From contig NC_068994.1 of NCBI RefSeq assembly GCF_001194135.2, forward strand, positions 32,127,234-32,191,233: 64,000 nucleotides of DNA. Direction: 5' to 3'. The position numbers and the translations under genes were made by a program. The notes below the pieces were generated by a model. It had not been told where the DNA came from, ran no database searches, and worked only from the letters and a program-made list of their open reading frames with translations. Within the stretch, counting starts at the first letter, position 1. The number at the start of each line of letters is the position of its first letter. Positions 39,620 through 53,840 of the stretch are shown piece after piece. The stretch is from Octopus bimaculoides. Lineage: Eukaryota.

Positions 39620-40731
39620 CCACCAAGTGTCGAAGTGCATCTCTTGACTAAGTTTGCATACATGGGGCTGATAACATCATAAAACTTGGAAGGTAGCTCC
39701 TTGAGAAATGCTGTTTATCTGATAACCAAGAGTACATGCCCAAAGAATTTGCATGACTCTATTGCAATGTATCATTAGATGAAAGGATGAGCCTATTTGA
39801 GCAGAAGACTATGCATGGATATGTTAGTAGAAAGCTCTGTGATGATAGTAACATCGAACATCAAAGCAGTTTATCATGGACCAATGGCCAGATTACTACC
39901 TCCCACTTTGAAGGGTATGCGTTTGCAATTCAGGGACAAAAAATATCAACCAAGTACCTGATTCACGAAAGGGATAGAGATGCAGGTAAAGCCGTAAAGT
40001 GTAACAACTGATGTAGACTTTGTGGAGTTCACACTGATGATATCACCCACATCATAAGCAGTTGTCCGAAAATGTCCGAAAATGTCATCATGGTATTATT
40101 TACTGATGAGACATGACGTTGTCGCTAAGACACTCTATAATGAAATCCATCAGACGGATAATCCCAAGAACAAAGAAATAAGAACCCACAATATGGTAGA
40201 AGCCATAACACTCATAATAAAACGGAATACTGGTGGAATGTACCAGTGAAGACCTCAATAAAATGTAAGCACAACAGACCTGATATAATGATTTGGGATA
40301 GAGAAGAGAAACTGTGCACAGTTGTGGAAATTAGGTACCCAGCAGATGTTAACATAAAGCTGAAGATCAGTGAAAAAGAGAACACCTATGCTGAGCTATT
40401 GAGAAATCTGCAGTTACTCTATCCAGATTACAAGTTCAGGTTTATACCTGTAATTATTGGAGCCCTGGGATATGTAACACACTGCCTAAATACCAATCTT
40501 GAGAAAATAGGCTTCTCAAAACCAGAAAGGAGAAAGCTAATTCGAAGACTACAANNNNNNNNNNNNNNNNNNNNNNNNNNNNNNNNNNNNNNNNNNNNNN
40601 NNNNNNNNNNNNNNNNNNNNNNNNNNNNNNNNNNNNNNNNNNNNNNNNNNNNNNNNNNNNNNNNNCTACAAATGAAATTCATCATTGGAATTGTAAAAAT
40701 CTGTAAAAGTTTCCAGAAGTTTATCATTTAA
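39620..40731 (+). mobile_element. RLE-type non-LTR retrotransposon 3' region (CCHC knuckle + PD-(D/E)xK endonuclease), pseudogenised
   Basis: CRLCGVHTDDITHIISSC (C-x2-C-x8-H-x4-C), RHDVVAK, HNRPDIMIWD..VVEI, FIPVIIGALG, ending ICKSFQKFII*. Contains stops and frameshifts, and a gap at 40555-40646. Confidence 0.9.
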
Positions 40732-41254
40732 ATATGTATGAGCATATCTAGATATGCAACTATATGCATACACACATACATACACATACGCACATGCATA
40801 TACAATATGGTCATGCTTATACACCAACACAGAAAGGTGTACAGATACACAGAGGCACCATTGTGTATACACGAAGATATATGAACAGTGATGTATATAC
40901 ATACATACTCACATACACATACATACATGTATATGTATTTATATATGCATACATATATACATACATATACATATATATATACATATACATATATATATAC
41001 ATATATATACATGCATATATATACATATATATATACATACATTCATACATACATGTATATATACATACAGTCATGGTCACACACTGACAGATATATAGAT
41101 AGTTAGAGACACAGTTGTATATGAACAAAGCTACATAAAGAGGGATTTTGCTGGTTATTTTTCTGCTTCCTTTACATCGGTTTAAACAATGTTAGCAGAA
41201 AATCAGATAGAGGAAACATTTACGATATAATATATACTTTTGATAGTTCCATTC

Positions 41255-41337
<83 letters not shown>

Positions 41338-41908
41338 TATGTGAGGACATATTTTGCCATTTTCCGCATTCACACACACAACCATCCAACCTCATATATA
41401 TATCTAATATATATATATATATATTTTGTATGTATATATTTGTGTTTATTCATGTATATATTTATCTAATACCAGTGTGTAGCAGAACTCTCATAAAATT
41501 GTCATTGCTTTTTTTTTCTTTTTGTTTATTAGAGGATTAAAAAAACAACAACAACACAATGCATCAACATTAACAAGAACAACAAATCTAATAAAAATGA
41601 CAATGAAAAATATACATAAAAAGAAGCAATTTTAAACAACAAAAGAAACACAAAAATAGAACAAAAACAGAAATGCCATTGAAGATCTTTGTTTACATGG
41701 GAATTGGTGAATAAGTTAGTGGGTTCTTTAAAATTGTCTTGTTTATTGAAATGACAGCCAATTCTTGGAGAGCAGAGTTAATTCAGGGGGAAAATAAAGC
41801 TAATGTGTATTCAAGCAATATTATATTTAAGAAATATATGTGGATGTATCTGCCTATCTGTCTATTATTCTATTCATTTGTTTGCTTATCTATCTATCTA
41901 TCTATCTT

Positions 41909-41956
<48 letters not shown>

Positions 41957-41996
41957 AATATCTATCTATCTATCAATCTATATATATATATGTATG

Positions 41997-42028
<32 letters not shown>

Positions 42029-42148
42029 TGTATGTATAAATTTATGTATGTATATACACACAAACATATCCATGAATATATACATATGACCTCTTCAGGG
42101 AAGCATAATGGAAATAATGATGATAATAATAATAATAATAATAATAAC

Positions 42149-42192
<44 letters not shown>

Positions 42193-43074
42193 TGATGATA
42201 ATAACAACAACAAATNNNNNNNNNNNNNNNNNNNNNNNNNNNNNNNNNNNNNNNNNNNNNNNNNNNNNNNNNNNNNNNNNNNNNNNNNNNNNNNNNNNNN
42301 NNNNNNNNNNNNNNNNNNNNNNNNNNNNNNNNNNNNNNNNNNNNNNNNNNNNNNNNNNNNNNNNNNNNNNNNNNNNNNNNNNNNNNNNNNNNNNNNNNNN
42401 NNNNNNNNNNNNNNNNNNNNNNNNNNNNNNNNNNNNNNNNNNNNNNNNNNNNNNNNNNNNNNNNNNNNNNNNNNNNNNNNNNNNNNNNNNNNNNNNNNNN
42501 NNNNNNNNNNNNNNNNNNNNNNNNNNNNNNNNNTTTTCTCTATGTCATCAGAGTGTAAATACCGTTACAAATCTTATGAGTGAATTATAGTCAGTCTGAT
42601 GCTGTAAAAGGTTATCTTATCAATGCCTGACCAATTCCATCTTCCATACTTTATACACTTCTTTAACAAAATGATTTCCATATATTTTCTTTGTTAGGCT
42701 CTGGCTTGTTGGTTGGTTGGTCGGTCGGTTGGTTTGTGCGTGTGTGTGTGCGTTTAAGTGTGTGTATGTGTGTGTATACATATATATATATATGTTCATG
42801 TGTGTGCATGTGTATATATATATATATGTATGTATATATATTTATGTTTACATGTGTACACACACACACACACACACAGAGCCTATGGACATGTGGTCCC
42901 TTGCAGCCCTAAGGGTTCTTTAACTCTTATTTCTGATAATGTAGGTGCTACCCTGCACTGTTAGTCACAAAAAGTAACAACTGAATTTTTCCTTTCTGGT
43001 TTTATAGTGTGTATAACTGCCTTCATTATTTTATGCATATATATATATAGATATATATATATATATATATATAC

Positions 43075-43299
43075 TCTCTCTTTTACTCTTTTACTTGTTT
43101 CAGTCATTTGACTGCGGCCATGCTGGGGCACCACCTTTAGTCGAGCAAATCAACTCCGGGACTTATTCTTTGTAAACCCAGTACTTATTCTATCGGTCTC
43201 TTATGCCGAACTGCTAAGTGACGGGGACATAAATACACCAGCATCGGTTGTCAAGCAATGCTAGGGGGACAAACACAGACACCCAAACACACACACACG

Positions 43300-43338
<39 letters not shown>

Positions 43339-43497
43339 GCGACGGGCTCCTTTCAGTTTCTGTCTGCCAAATACACTCACAAGGCTATGGTTGGCCTGAA
43401 GCTATAATAGAAGACACTTGCCCAAGATGCCATGCAGAGGGACTGAACCTGGAACCATGTGGTTGGTAAGTAAGCTACTTACCACACAACCACTCCT
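43075..43497 (-). mobile_element. SINE family A, full length
   Basis: Close homologue of 25491-25893. Confidence 0.85.
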
Positions 43498-43573
43498 GCA
43501 CCTATATATACATACATACATACATACATACATACATACATACATGCATGTATGTATGTATGTNNNNNNNNNN

Positions 43574-43614
<41 letters not shown>

Positions 43615-43950
43615 CATCAGTCTATGTGTCTGCTTTCCATGCAGGCATTGGTTGGACAGTTTGATAGGAAACTGGTTGCTTCAAACTCCAGTGTCATCTT
43701 TGACAGGGTTTCTATGGCTGGATGGCATTCCTAATGCCAACCACTTAACAAGGTGTACTAAATGCTACACTGTGTGTGTATATATATGTTATATAAATAT
43801 ATTAAGATTATTATTAATAAAAGTAGTAATATAAGTGGCTAGCAAGCATAAAATAACCAAAAAGGTAAATTATTAATTTATAATCAGGATACAAGATAGT
43901 ACAGAGCATTGCTAGAAATAGGAGTAAATGGGTCAAGAGACACAGTAAAT

Positions 43951-44272
43951 CATTTATATACACACTGGTGAGTTCGAGGAAATGAGTATATAAAAAGCCA
44001 CCTCACCAATAGTGAGTAAAAATCGCAAATGAGTTGCTGATGTACTCATATCATGTGTTTTTGGATCCTGTGATAAACAATTAGTCTTCATCAGTGAGTA
44101 TTACTGCCGAGGGCTAAAATAATACTCACTGATGAAGACTAAGTGTTTATCACAGAGTCGGAAACCATGTGATATGAGTACATCTGCAACTCATTTGTGA
44201 TTTTTACTCACTATTGGTGAGATGGCTTTTTATATAATCATTTCCTCGAATTCACCAATGTGTATATAAATG
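43951..44272. mobile_element. Near-perfect 322-bp palindrome (fold-back MITE-like), arms about 150 bp, loop about 16 nt
   Basis: Left catttatatacacactggtgagttcgaggaaatgag...gtcttcatcagtgagtatta; right taatactcactgatgaagac...ttcctcgaattcaccaatgtgtatataaatg. Confidence 0.92.
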
Positions 44273-44468
44273 AATTAGTGTGGTTTTTGAGCCACTTGAC
44301 TCTTATTTCTAGCAATGCTATATACTATATTTTATATATAAATGCATTACAACAGAAAATGGACAAAAAAAAACAACAAAAAAAACAAAACATTTGGCAC
44401 CATTCAAGAACATTTAATTTAATTTATAATTTATAATATATACAAAGTGCAAAATAGTTTTGATAAAT

Positions 44469-44561
44469 ACATAAAGTCTCTTACAGCTCTTTCTAGAATA
44501 ACTAAGCATGTGAATCATATGTTATTGAATAAAGAATTCCATGTAAACCAAATATTTCATC

Positions 44562-44601
<40 letters not shown>

Positions 44602-45002
44602 TATGTATAGAAATGTAGAATATTCTCAATCAAGGATATTATTAGTTACCAGTTCTTGGAGAAACCAAGAATTTTCAGGGGGAAAGATAGAAGTGTTTGG
44701 TATATCCATGATTGAAGAGTTAATAAAATCCTTGATAAAAGATAATGTCAGTTAGCTGTTCAATAGGTAAAGTTTCTAGGATAATCCCTGGGAAAGGATA
44801 ATGGAAGTTACCAATTCCATCTCTGAATAGAAAGTTTCTCCAAGAACTGGTAACTATTAATATCCTTGATTGAGAATATTCTATATTTTCCTTTTCTCTC
44901 TTTCTGATGATGGAATACTTAGCTGATGTGGAATTCTTTACTCAGTAACATATGATTCACATACTTGGATATTCTAGAAATGGCTGTAAGAGATTTTATA
45001 TA
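44469..45002. mobile_element. Long-TIR fold-back element: arms 44469-44665 and 44834-45002, spacer about 170 bp
   Basis: tagaatattctcaatcaaggatatta.tagttaccagttcttggagaaac and ctcttacagc..tttctagaata...tgtgaatcatatgtta occur in inverted orientation. The left arm carries an expanded (GA)n. Confidence 0.88.
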
Positions 45003-46618
45003 TTCATCACAACTACTCTGCACTATGTTTATATTAAAAGTTATAAATTAAATATTCTTGAATGGTGCCAGAGGTTTTACATGTTCATTGTCTGCTATAA
45101 TGTGTATCTACCCACTTAATGATGAACGACTTCTAACCACCTTTGATAAGAAATTTAAGCACCACATTTTCCAGTTGCATCTCAAACCAGGGTTTGTGTG
45201 ATAAACCAAACTGAGCCCTCATAGTACACACCTATTACATTATGTCAGTTGACAAAGATAAAGATGCGATTATTAACATTTGAAAGTTTTTGATCCGAGG
45301 CTTACTAAATTAGGGTTGATCTAGTGCTAACAACAACAATGACAACAACAACATCACCACAAACATCGAAACCATTACCAACAGCAGCAACAACATATTC
45401 TTATTAACTCAATCTAATGAGTGGGTGCCTGACGGTGCTTGACTTAATAGAAATAAAAGTCAAATCTCCCTCAAATGACATCTCACCACCCCAGTAGAGG
45501 AGGTATTGGATAGTGGAGTGGTGGGATGCATGCACTTTAAGAAGAAAAAAGACTTGATGGTCACCAGTGGAAAGCCTGTGATCATAGGTCTGCTCTATCA
45601 GGGAAGACTTGGGGCTAAACAAGACCAGTGGCCACAACAACAGTAGCAGCAGCAGTAACTACAAGAGCAACAACAACAGCAACATCAATAACAACAACTC
45701 AAGACTTTAATTAAATGGCAATGGGATGCTCTCCTACTTAGTATGTAATGTCACGCTCAGTTTTAACTGATCTGCTCTGAGTGAATTCGCCTGTTTATAC
45801 CAAACCATAAACAGGGTTCTTACCCTTTCTTTTTCCATTAACATCTTCAGCAGGTTCCTACCAAAGTTAATTGCTATCTAAATCACTAATTATCACTAAA
45901 TGCAACCTCTTATCATTACGTGAATTGTCTTTTCTTCAACGTCTTCCTTTTATGAGCGGACATACTTTGACCATACTCTGAAGGACGATACTGGAAGTAG
46001 TGACCTCCAGGCAAAACTAAACGCCAAACTTCAGTTCTAATTGACCAATTGAAGGCATAGTAACACCAAATTTTAGTTCTACTCGACTGATTCAACAAGA
46101 GATTGGATCCTCAAAAGAAATAGTAGAGAAAAAAATAGTTGAAAGAAGTACAGATAAGTTAGGGGTTAAGAAGAGAGAAGTGGGTAAAAGAAAGGGCTAC
46201 TAGTTTGACCATCTGTCTATCAATTAGATTTGCTGCACTACTTCAGTTTCTTCTTGACTTCAAACGGCAATTATCAATCTGTTAAGTAGGCCATACTAAT
46301 GCTACTAGTTCTACTTTGGCATTTACTAATTATTGTTGTAAATGAAGAACAGTGAAGAAAATAGATACCCAAATGAGAGTGTAAAAGAAATAAAATAAAA
46401 CAAAATTGGTAGGAAATGTGAAAAACACCACCACCACCATCATCATCATTATCCTCATCATCATAAACTTCATTACTTTCCTCCTCTTCCTCCTCCCCCT
46501 CCTCTTCCTTTTCCTCATCCTCATCATCCCCACCGCCACCACTACTGACACCACTGCCACCACCTCCAAAATCCCCACTGCCACAACGACCAACATTGTC
46601 ATCATTGTTATCATCAAT

Positions 46619-46686
<68 letters not shown>

Positions 46687-47481
46687 TATCACCTTCATCA
46701 TCACATTGCTACTTTTGTCATTACCACCATCAACATCATAATAACCACCACTATAACATCCTCACCGACACCATAACTAGACACCAATATACACTACCAT
46801 TCCTGCTACCAGTATCACTACTACCACCACCACCACCATCACCATAACCATCATTAATGTCATTACCTTGACTAACATTATCATGATAACCCTCACTGAA
46901 CCACCATCATTATCTCTTCCAGCATCACTAGCACCATGAACACCACCCCAACCACCACCACCACCACCACCACCAAATCAGTATCATTTGTTACTCACTT
47001 CCCCCACCAGCTACCTTCCTTTTTCTTCTATGCCTCTCTTTGAGGAGACAGCCCCTCAACATAATTGCCTGATTTTCTAGAAATGCCAACCAAATCTTTC
47101 TGAAATCACATCCTACTACCTTTAGTCAGAAGGACATATTAGATAATGTAGTCATAGAGACATTAGACTGAAATATATAGTAATATGGATATGACGGAAA
47201 TCTGTACTATTTATAGATGTACACCATGGACCAAACTTATCTTTAAGAAATAATATTCTTCACTCCTTCTATATAGAATTATATCTATATGCAATGTGTA
47301 TCAGTTGAATATGATTTCAGAAAAAATTTATAGTATGCTATGCAAAGCTTGTCCACAGTTATTGGCTATCAGCTGTAGTCCTACAGTGGAGATGCTCTTG
47401 TTACTGGATATACATTAGGAATTCCATAGTATCTGTAAAGTTTATATATAAACAAAGTTTATATATGTAATATATTTATGC

Positions 47482-47563
<82 letters not shown>

Positions 47564-47589
47564 ATATTTATATACATTTATACATATAT

Positions 47590-47740
47590 ATATATAGGCA
47601 CATGCATAGCTGTGTGGTTAAGAAGCTTGCTTTTCAGCCTTATAGTTGCAGGTTCAGTCACAGCACTTTGGGCATATACTATAGCTGCAGGTTGACCAAA
47701 GCCTTGAGAGTGGATTTGGTGGATGAAAACTGAAAGAAAC
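47590..47740 (+). mobile_element. SINE family A, 5' half, decayed
   Basis: catagctgtgtggttaagaagcttgc...caggttcagtc...gaccaaagccttgagagtggatttggt. Confidence 0.7.
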
Positions 47741-47845
47741 ACACACACACACTTCCATTTTTCCTGAGTATTACACTAATACACCTGTTTGTTGCTTCTA
47801 CACCTGTCTTTGTCTTTTGTTTTCAGTAAATTTGAACTATATATG

Positions 47846-48391
47846 CACAAACATACAGGAAGTAAATAGACACATTTAATTTTCAAAATCTTTTATTTGA
47901 TGTTAATTGGTTGGTTTTCTTCTAGCTGCTCGTCCATAATACCCAAGCTTATGCAGATATGTAACACAGATTCTTGGACTAACTTCTAGCTGTTTTGCAA
48001 TGTCAGAAGCCTTTGAATAGGGTTCGTTTTCCACAATTCTTTTCTAACAGCGAAGCTTCCTTTCCAAGGGCTCAGGTCGGCCTGGATGAAAATCTGTTGA
48101 TTCTTTTCCTTGGCTTTTGAATTGCACTATAATTCTATTAACAGTAGCAAGAGGAATTTGAAGATTTTCGGCAATTTTTTGCTGGTTAAGACGACCTCTT
48201 TGAAAATCTGACAGTTCTGCTGAATTTTTTGTGCATGGCATGGTTACTCTTCGCAAATGTTTAATATAATGGCACCTGGAATGAAAAAGAATAATTACAT
48301 TGTAAATTCTACACAGCTGAAAACATATTAAGATGTTTAGCTCAGAAATTTTGAAAATTAAAGTTGCCTATTTACTTCCTGCATGACTGTG
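47846..48391 (-). mobile_element. Tc1-like transposon deletion derivative with transposase N-terminal HTH remnant
   Basis: ORF 48044-48256 (ELSDFQRG...[20 protein letters not shown]...GRP). TIRs cacaaacatacaggaagtaaatagacac (47846) and reverse complement cacagtcatgcaggaagtaaataggcaac (48391), followed by TA. Confidence 0.85.
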
Positions 48392-49266
48392 TATATAGTA
48401 GATAAAATTCAGGTTACATATGTTTCATAGCTAGCAGAACCTCCGAAGTAGGAATTGTATATATATATTAACAGACTGAGATAAAAAAATCCAAGGGTGT
48501 GAATAGTTTTCAGAAGATTTATAAAGAGAAGGTCTTACAGCTGTTTCCGGGATATTTTATATATACCTTCATCAGAGACGGTGCGAGAAGATGTTCAAGT
48601 AATAGTTATTATAGAGAAGATATGAAATACAGAGTGAAGTCGAGGAATGAAAATAGACGTGAGATATGTAAGGATATTGTATTTGTAGTTTCATTATTTG
48701 AGCAAAATGGTGTATATATACACACACATATATACTTATGTACTGTTGAAAAATACAGTACGTACAATATATATTCAAGTAGAATTTTGCAATGTAGTAT
48801 ATATTTATATATAAATAATACAGTATATATATATTAATTTATAAAATTTTATAATACAACGTATATATTTAAATATACATCTTTACGTCATGGAAATAAA
48901 AAAGGCGAAGAAACAAAAGTTAATGTAAAGAGTGTATTTATATGAGAACTTGCATAGATAAATAAATGATCAGTTATTCATTTGTATACATAACTTTGCA
49001 TGTAAATACACTCTTTATGCCTACTTCTGTTTACATGCCATTTTGTTTGTTTTATACCTACAGCCATTTGATGTAAATCTTTTTTATAGTCAACCTCCTA
49101 CACTGGAACTACTTGCAATGAATGAAGCAATTCTAGTTTAAGTTTTGCATTTATCTGAGAACTGCTTAGTGAATATTTATACTACACTTGGTTTAGTATT
49201 TCCCAAGTCACTCTTTACATTATTGTATATATATATTTTTTGGGGTAGATCTTGGTGGAATTCTTG

Positions 49267-49773
49267 TTTGAGCACCACATATAACCCCTCATAACTTCCT
49301 TTCTTTTTTTGAATTTTCAGAAAATTTTGTGAATTTGTGTTTTACACATGAAAATTTATATGATTATGAAAAACAAATCTTTAAAAAAATGTTTAACACC
49401 TCCCCTAAATCCTAAAAGTTCCACTCTTTTTTAATTCTTTTTTAAAGTTAGAGTTTGAAATATGGATTGTTCCAATTTTTTGCTTAAATCCCAGCAATAG
49501 ACCACCCATGAGTGCATCGTCATTCTATAAAATATGTTTATGGGGAGAAAAATATTGAGAAACATCAATACATGTCAGAGTGACAAAGAAACGAGGAAGG
49601 TATCAGATGATCATGAGATGTGTTAAAAACAACAGCTAAATCGCCCTTAAATCACACATACAAAAAAATATTTTCATAATCATATTAAATACCATGTGTA
49701 GAACACAAATTTGCAAATATTTCTGAAAATTCTAAAAGTAAAAATGTTATGAGAGTTATATGGGGTGCTTAAC
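49267..49773. mobile_element. MITE-like element with TIRs of about 105 bp
   Basis: agcaccacatataacccctcataac...gaattttcagaaa...ttgtgttttacacatg...tatgattatgaaaa matches the reverse complement of 49662-49773. Confidence 0.8.
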
Positions 49774-50351
49774 CTAAAATTCTGCCTAGAGCTTTCCTTT
49801 CACATTACTAGATCTCACTTGTCTTAATCTATCTTTCTAGGTATCTATAATCTATCTTCCCTTGCTCTTTTTGTTTACCTGTTTTCCTTAACTATCTCTG
49901 TACTCTTTTTCTACTTTGTTAAGTCTGAAAGGATCACTGCTTCCCATCAGCATTACTTTACACAGACATCTTATTCTTGTCTCTTGTTGGAAGACATTCT
50001 TCATTTATGTACTTCTATTTCCTAGATTATTTGTTTCAAAGTAATATTTTTCTTGTTCATCACAGAGCTTGTCTTCACTTACCATCCAGTTTAGAGTCCT
50101 CTTCTCTACTTATTATTGTATCTGTTTCCTTTTTGCTTATCCACTCATCTTCATCCCAGCAGCTTTTGTTACTGACATCCCTAAATTGAAGAATATTACC
50201 ATAGGTTTTGAAATTCTGGTGATATTTGGTTGATAACTGAGGATTTAAGTTTATCCACATAAATATACATAAGTATGTATGTTTTTCTATTACCATGAAC
50301 TTCCTCTTGTGCCAGATTTATTATTATTATTATTATTATTATTATCATTTA

Positions 50352-50815
50352 TGGTTTCCTTTCATCATAACTTTATTTCAGCTGCCTTAGTACTGGGCAT
50401 CCTCCGGAGGCCAAGAGTAGCAAGGGCATTTTTGTTTTGCTATGCATGTTAAAATTATCACCATATTTATTCCATTGTAGATGGAGAGTGCTTTCTGTAG
50501 TATAAGGGTTGTACCCATCAAGGTTATCTTTTATAGTTCACAGAAATTGAAGTTACCAGGGAGTTGCTTAATATACTTCTCAGCTCCCTTCTTTATCATC
50601 CCCAATTCACCAATTATTACTGGTATTATCGTAGTACTAAGCTTCCACATCTTTGTGATTTCAATTTGCAGATCTTTATAGGGAGAAAGCTTTTCGTATT
50701 TCTTTGTTGATACATTTTGATCTTGTGGGACAGACACATCTATTAACAGACAAGTTCTTCTGTTGTAGTCCTTGATCACCATGTCTGGTTGATTGGAGTC
50801 AATTTTTCTATCTGT
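50352..50815 (-). mobile_element. RLE-type LINE 3' remnant + 3' UTR + (TAA)n tail
   Basis: NQPDMVIKD...CLLIDVSVPQDQNV...KLSPYKDLQIEI..W..IIPVIIGELG...EL*KITLMGT. TTA tracts at about 50320-50346 and 50833-50860. Confidence 0.9.
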
Positions 50816-50869
50816 TGGTATATATTTTTTTTTATTATTGTTGTTATTATTATTATTATTCTATTTATT

Positions 50870-51075
50870 AAAGCAGAATCATTAGCGTGCCAGACAAATT
50901 GCTTAATGGCACTTCATTCGAGTTTATGTTCTGAGTACAAATTCCGTTGAGACTAACTTTGCTTTTCATCTTTTGGGCATCGATAAAATAAGTACCAGTT
51001 GAGTACTGGGGTTAATATAATTGACTTATCCCTCCCTGAAATTGCAGGCCTTGTGCCAAGTTTTGGAACTATTAT
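50870..51075 (+). mobile_element. SINE family B copy
   Basis: gcagaatcattagcgtgcc...ttctgagtacaaattccg...aagtaccagttgagtactgggg...caggccttgtgcc. Confidence 0.8.
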
Positions 51076-51135
51076 TAGTATTATTATATACATATAGACA
51101 TGGATATGTATTCATGTATATAAATATATATATAA

Positions 51136-51196
<61 letters not shown>

Positions 51197-51372
51197 TAAA
51201 AATATATATAGATATACATATAAATATTATATGTATATATATATATATCTATGTGTGTGAGTATGTGTGTATATATATACACACACACACACACTCACGC
51301 CTTACAATGTAATAGTTGGTCATGCGTTTCATGTCTTTTATTTATTTTTAATGTTTATGTAGTTTAGTTTTC

Positions 51373-51380
51373 TACTCAGA

Positions 51381-51440
<60 letters not shown>

Positions 51441-51567
51441 GTTGCTATTGTGGTTGCTTCTTAGGTTTTCTATTTTACTCTTCTTACCATAAAATTTCCT
51501 TAGGTTACTGCTGGCTAAAACATTTTGCACACTCTCTCCTCCTCTTTGCTGGTATAATACTAGTTTG

Positions 51568-51625
<58 letters not shown>

Positions 51626-51634
51626 TGATGATAT

Positions 51635-51682
<48 letters not shown>

Positions 51683-51961
51683 CTTGAATGAGAAAATGAA
51701 TTAAAAAATCATGTTTAAGATACTTTAATAAATTACTTTGATGAAAACAGTGGTGCTGATGAGAATGATGATGATGGAGATGATATATGATAATGGAGAT
51801 GGAGATAATGATGATGATGATGATGATGATGGAGTTGATGGTAGTGTTAATGATGATAGCAATTAATGTTGATAACAACTTTATTAATTACAATGAAAAC
51901 ATTAACAGACTCCTGCTCCTCCTTCTTCTTCTCACCCTCTTTTGCATTTCTGCCATCATCA

Positions 51962-52008
<47 letters not shown>

Positions 52009-52220
52009 CTCCTCATCATCATCATTATCATCATCATCATCCTCATCATCATCAAAAACCACCAGCACCACCACCAGCACCACCACCACTACCATCATCA
52101 TCATCATCATCATCACCATTATCATCAGTAGTATTCACAGAAGCAACTGATGATTGTCCACAATAAACAACGAACAATAACAACATCAGCAGCAGCAGCA
52201 GCAGCAGCAACAACAACAAC
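51373..52220. repeat. Compound trinucleotide microsatellite field (CTA, AAT, GAT, TCG, CAT, CAG)
   Basis: Direct reading. Confidence 0.9.
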
Positions 52221-52815
52221 ATTGATATTTGAATACATGTTTCTAAGTTACTATTTTGCTTGAAACTTTGACAAACTTTCTCAAAGGATAGAAAGACAGA
52301 GAGAGAGAGAAAGAGAGAGAGAGAATGAGAGAGAGGGGGAAAATGAAGCTGAGAATGGTTCACTGCCTTTTTCTTGATTATCAATGTGAAATTTTCTGCA
52401 TTCTAGCTTTGCCTCACATGCTTTTTCTCACAGAAGCTAAATTACTTGTTTAATTGCTGTCATTAAGTGGGAGAATAATTAATTAAGTTGGATCTTTCAT
52501 TAGAATAAAACGAAAAAATAAAAGCTTTAAAAAAAATGAAAAATCCTTCAAAAAACCTGATAAAAATAAACACGAAAAATACGTACAAAAAATTGATAAT
52601 TAAAAAAAATTTGTTAATTTCAAATTTTTAAAAAATTGTTCAATTACACTCAAATTTACATACAAGTATGAACACATACACAAGTATACATAAATACACA
52701 TCATGCAGATACATATACATATACACACACACTCATACATATCTATACACACACACACACACACATATATATTAAGTATATAGATGCATATATGTATATA
52801 TACATACACACACAT

Positions 52816-52874
<59 letters not shown>

Positions 52875-52911
52875 TGCATACATATATCTACATACATACA
52901 TATACATAAAC

Positions 52912-52946
<35 letters not shown>

Positions 52947-53199
52947 CACATGCATATGCACACATATACACAGAGAAAAATCTATTTAAAATTAAAGTAC
53001 CATTCATAGACACAGAACAATAATAATGAAAACAAAATAGTAATTAAAACATAATTAATATTTTTCTTATTTCTTACTGGAGTGGTATGTTGGATTGACA
53101 GAAATTCTATAAAGTCTCTCTTACATTTTTTTACTAATATATTCCAAAATTTAAAGTATTCAAAAATCTCAAAGACAATTTTCTGCTCCTCTTGTTTTT

Positions 53200-53402
53200 C
53201 ATTCTCTGAATTAGCAGAACCATTTGGAGCGTTGGGTAACGTCTTGTGGTATTTTACTGTCTCTTTACATTTTGGTCCTTAAGTCCTACTGAGTCAACTT
53301 TGTCTTTCAAGGTTTATGAAAATAAAATACCAGTAAAATATTGGGCTCAATGATATTGACTAACCCCTCACTTCAAAATTGCTGGTGCTGTGTCAAAATT
53401 TG

Positions 53403-53450
<48 letters not shown>

Positions 53451-53825
53451 ACAACAACAACAACAACAATGGGCTGGCAAAATGCTTAGCTGTATGTTTT
53501 CTGTCTTTATGTTCTGAGTTCAAATTCTATCAAGGTTGGCTTTGCCTTTCATCCTTTGGGGGTGGGGGAAGGGTCTATAAAACAAGTATCATTTGAGCAC
53601 TGCCTCCTCTTTCAGAACTTCAGGCTTTGTGCCTGTAACTGAAACCTTATTAGTAGCTTTTCATCTGTCTTCATTTTTCTGAGTTCAAATTCTGCTGTGA
53701 CTGACTTTGCCTTTCATACTTTCAGGGGTTGATAAAATAGCACAAGGTTATAATTATAGTTGATATAATTGACTATATCCGTCCTCCAGCATTTCAAGCT
53801 TTGTGCCTATAGTAGAAAATTATTA
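53200..53825 (+). mobile_element. Cluster of three decayed family B SINE copies
   Basis: Three occurrences of the gagtcaacttt/gagttcaaattc...gataaaa...gctttgtgcc pattern (about 53210, 53470, 53660). Confidence 0.65.
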
Positions 53826-53840
53826 TTATTATTATTATTA

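Noticed and set aside
45900-46100. CpG-containing unique block with short frame YERTYFDHTLKDDTGSSDLQAKLNAKLQF*
   Set aside because: No canonical YAG acceptor in the right phase and no homology; not accepted as an alternative protocadherin exon.
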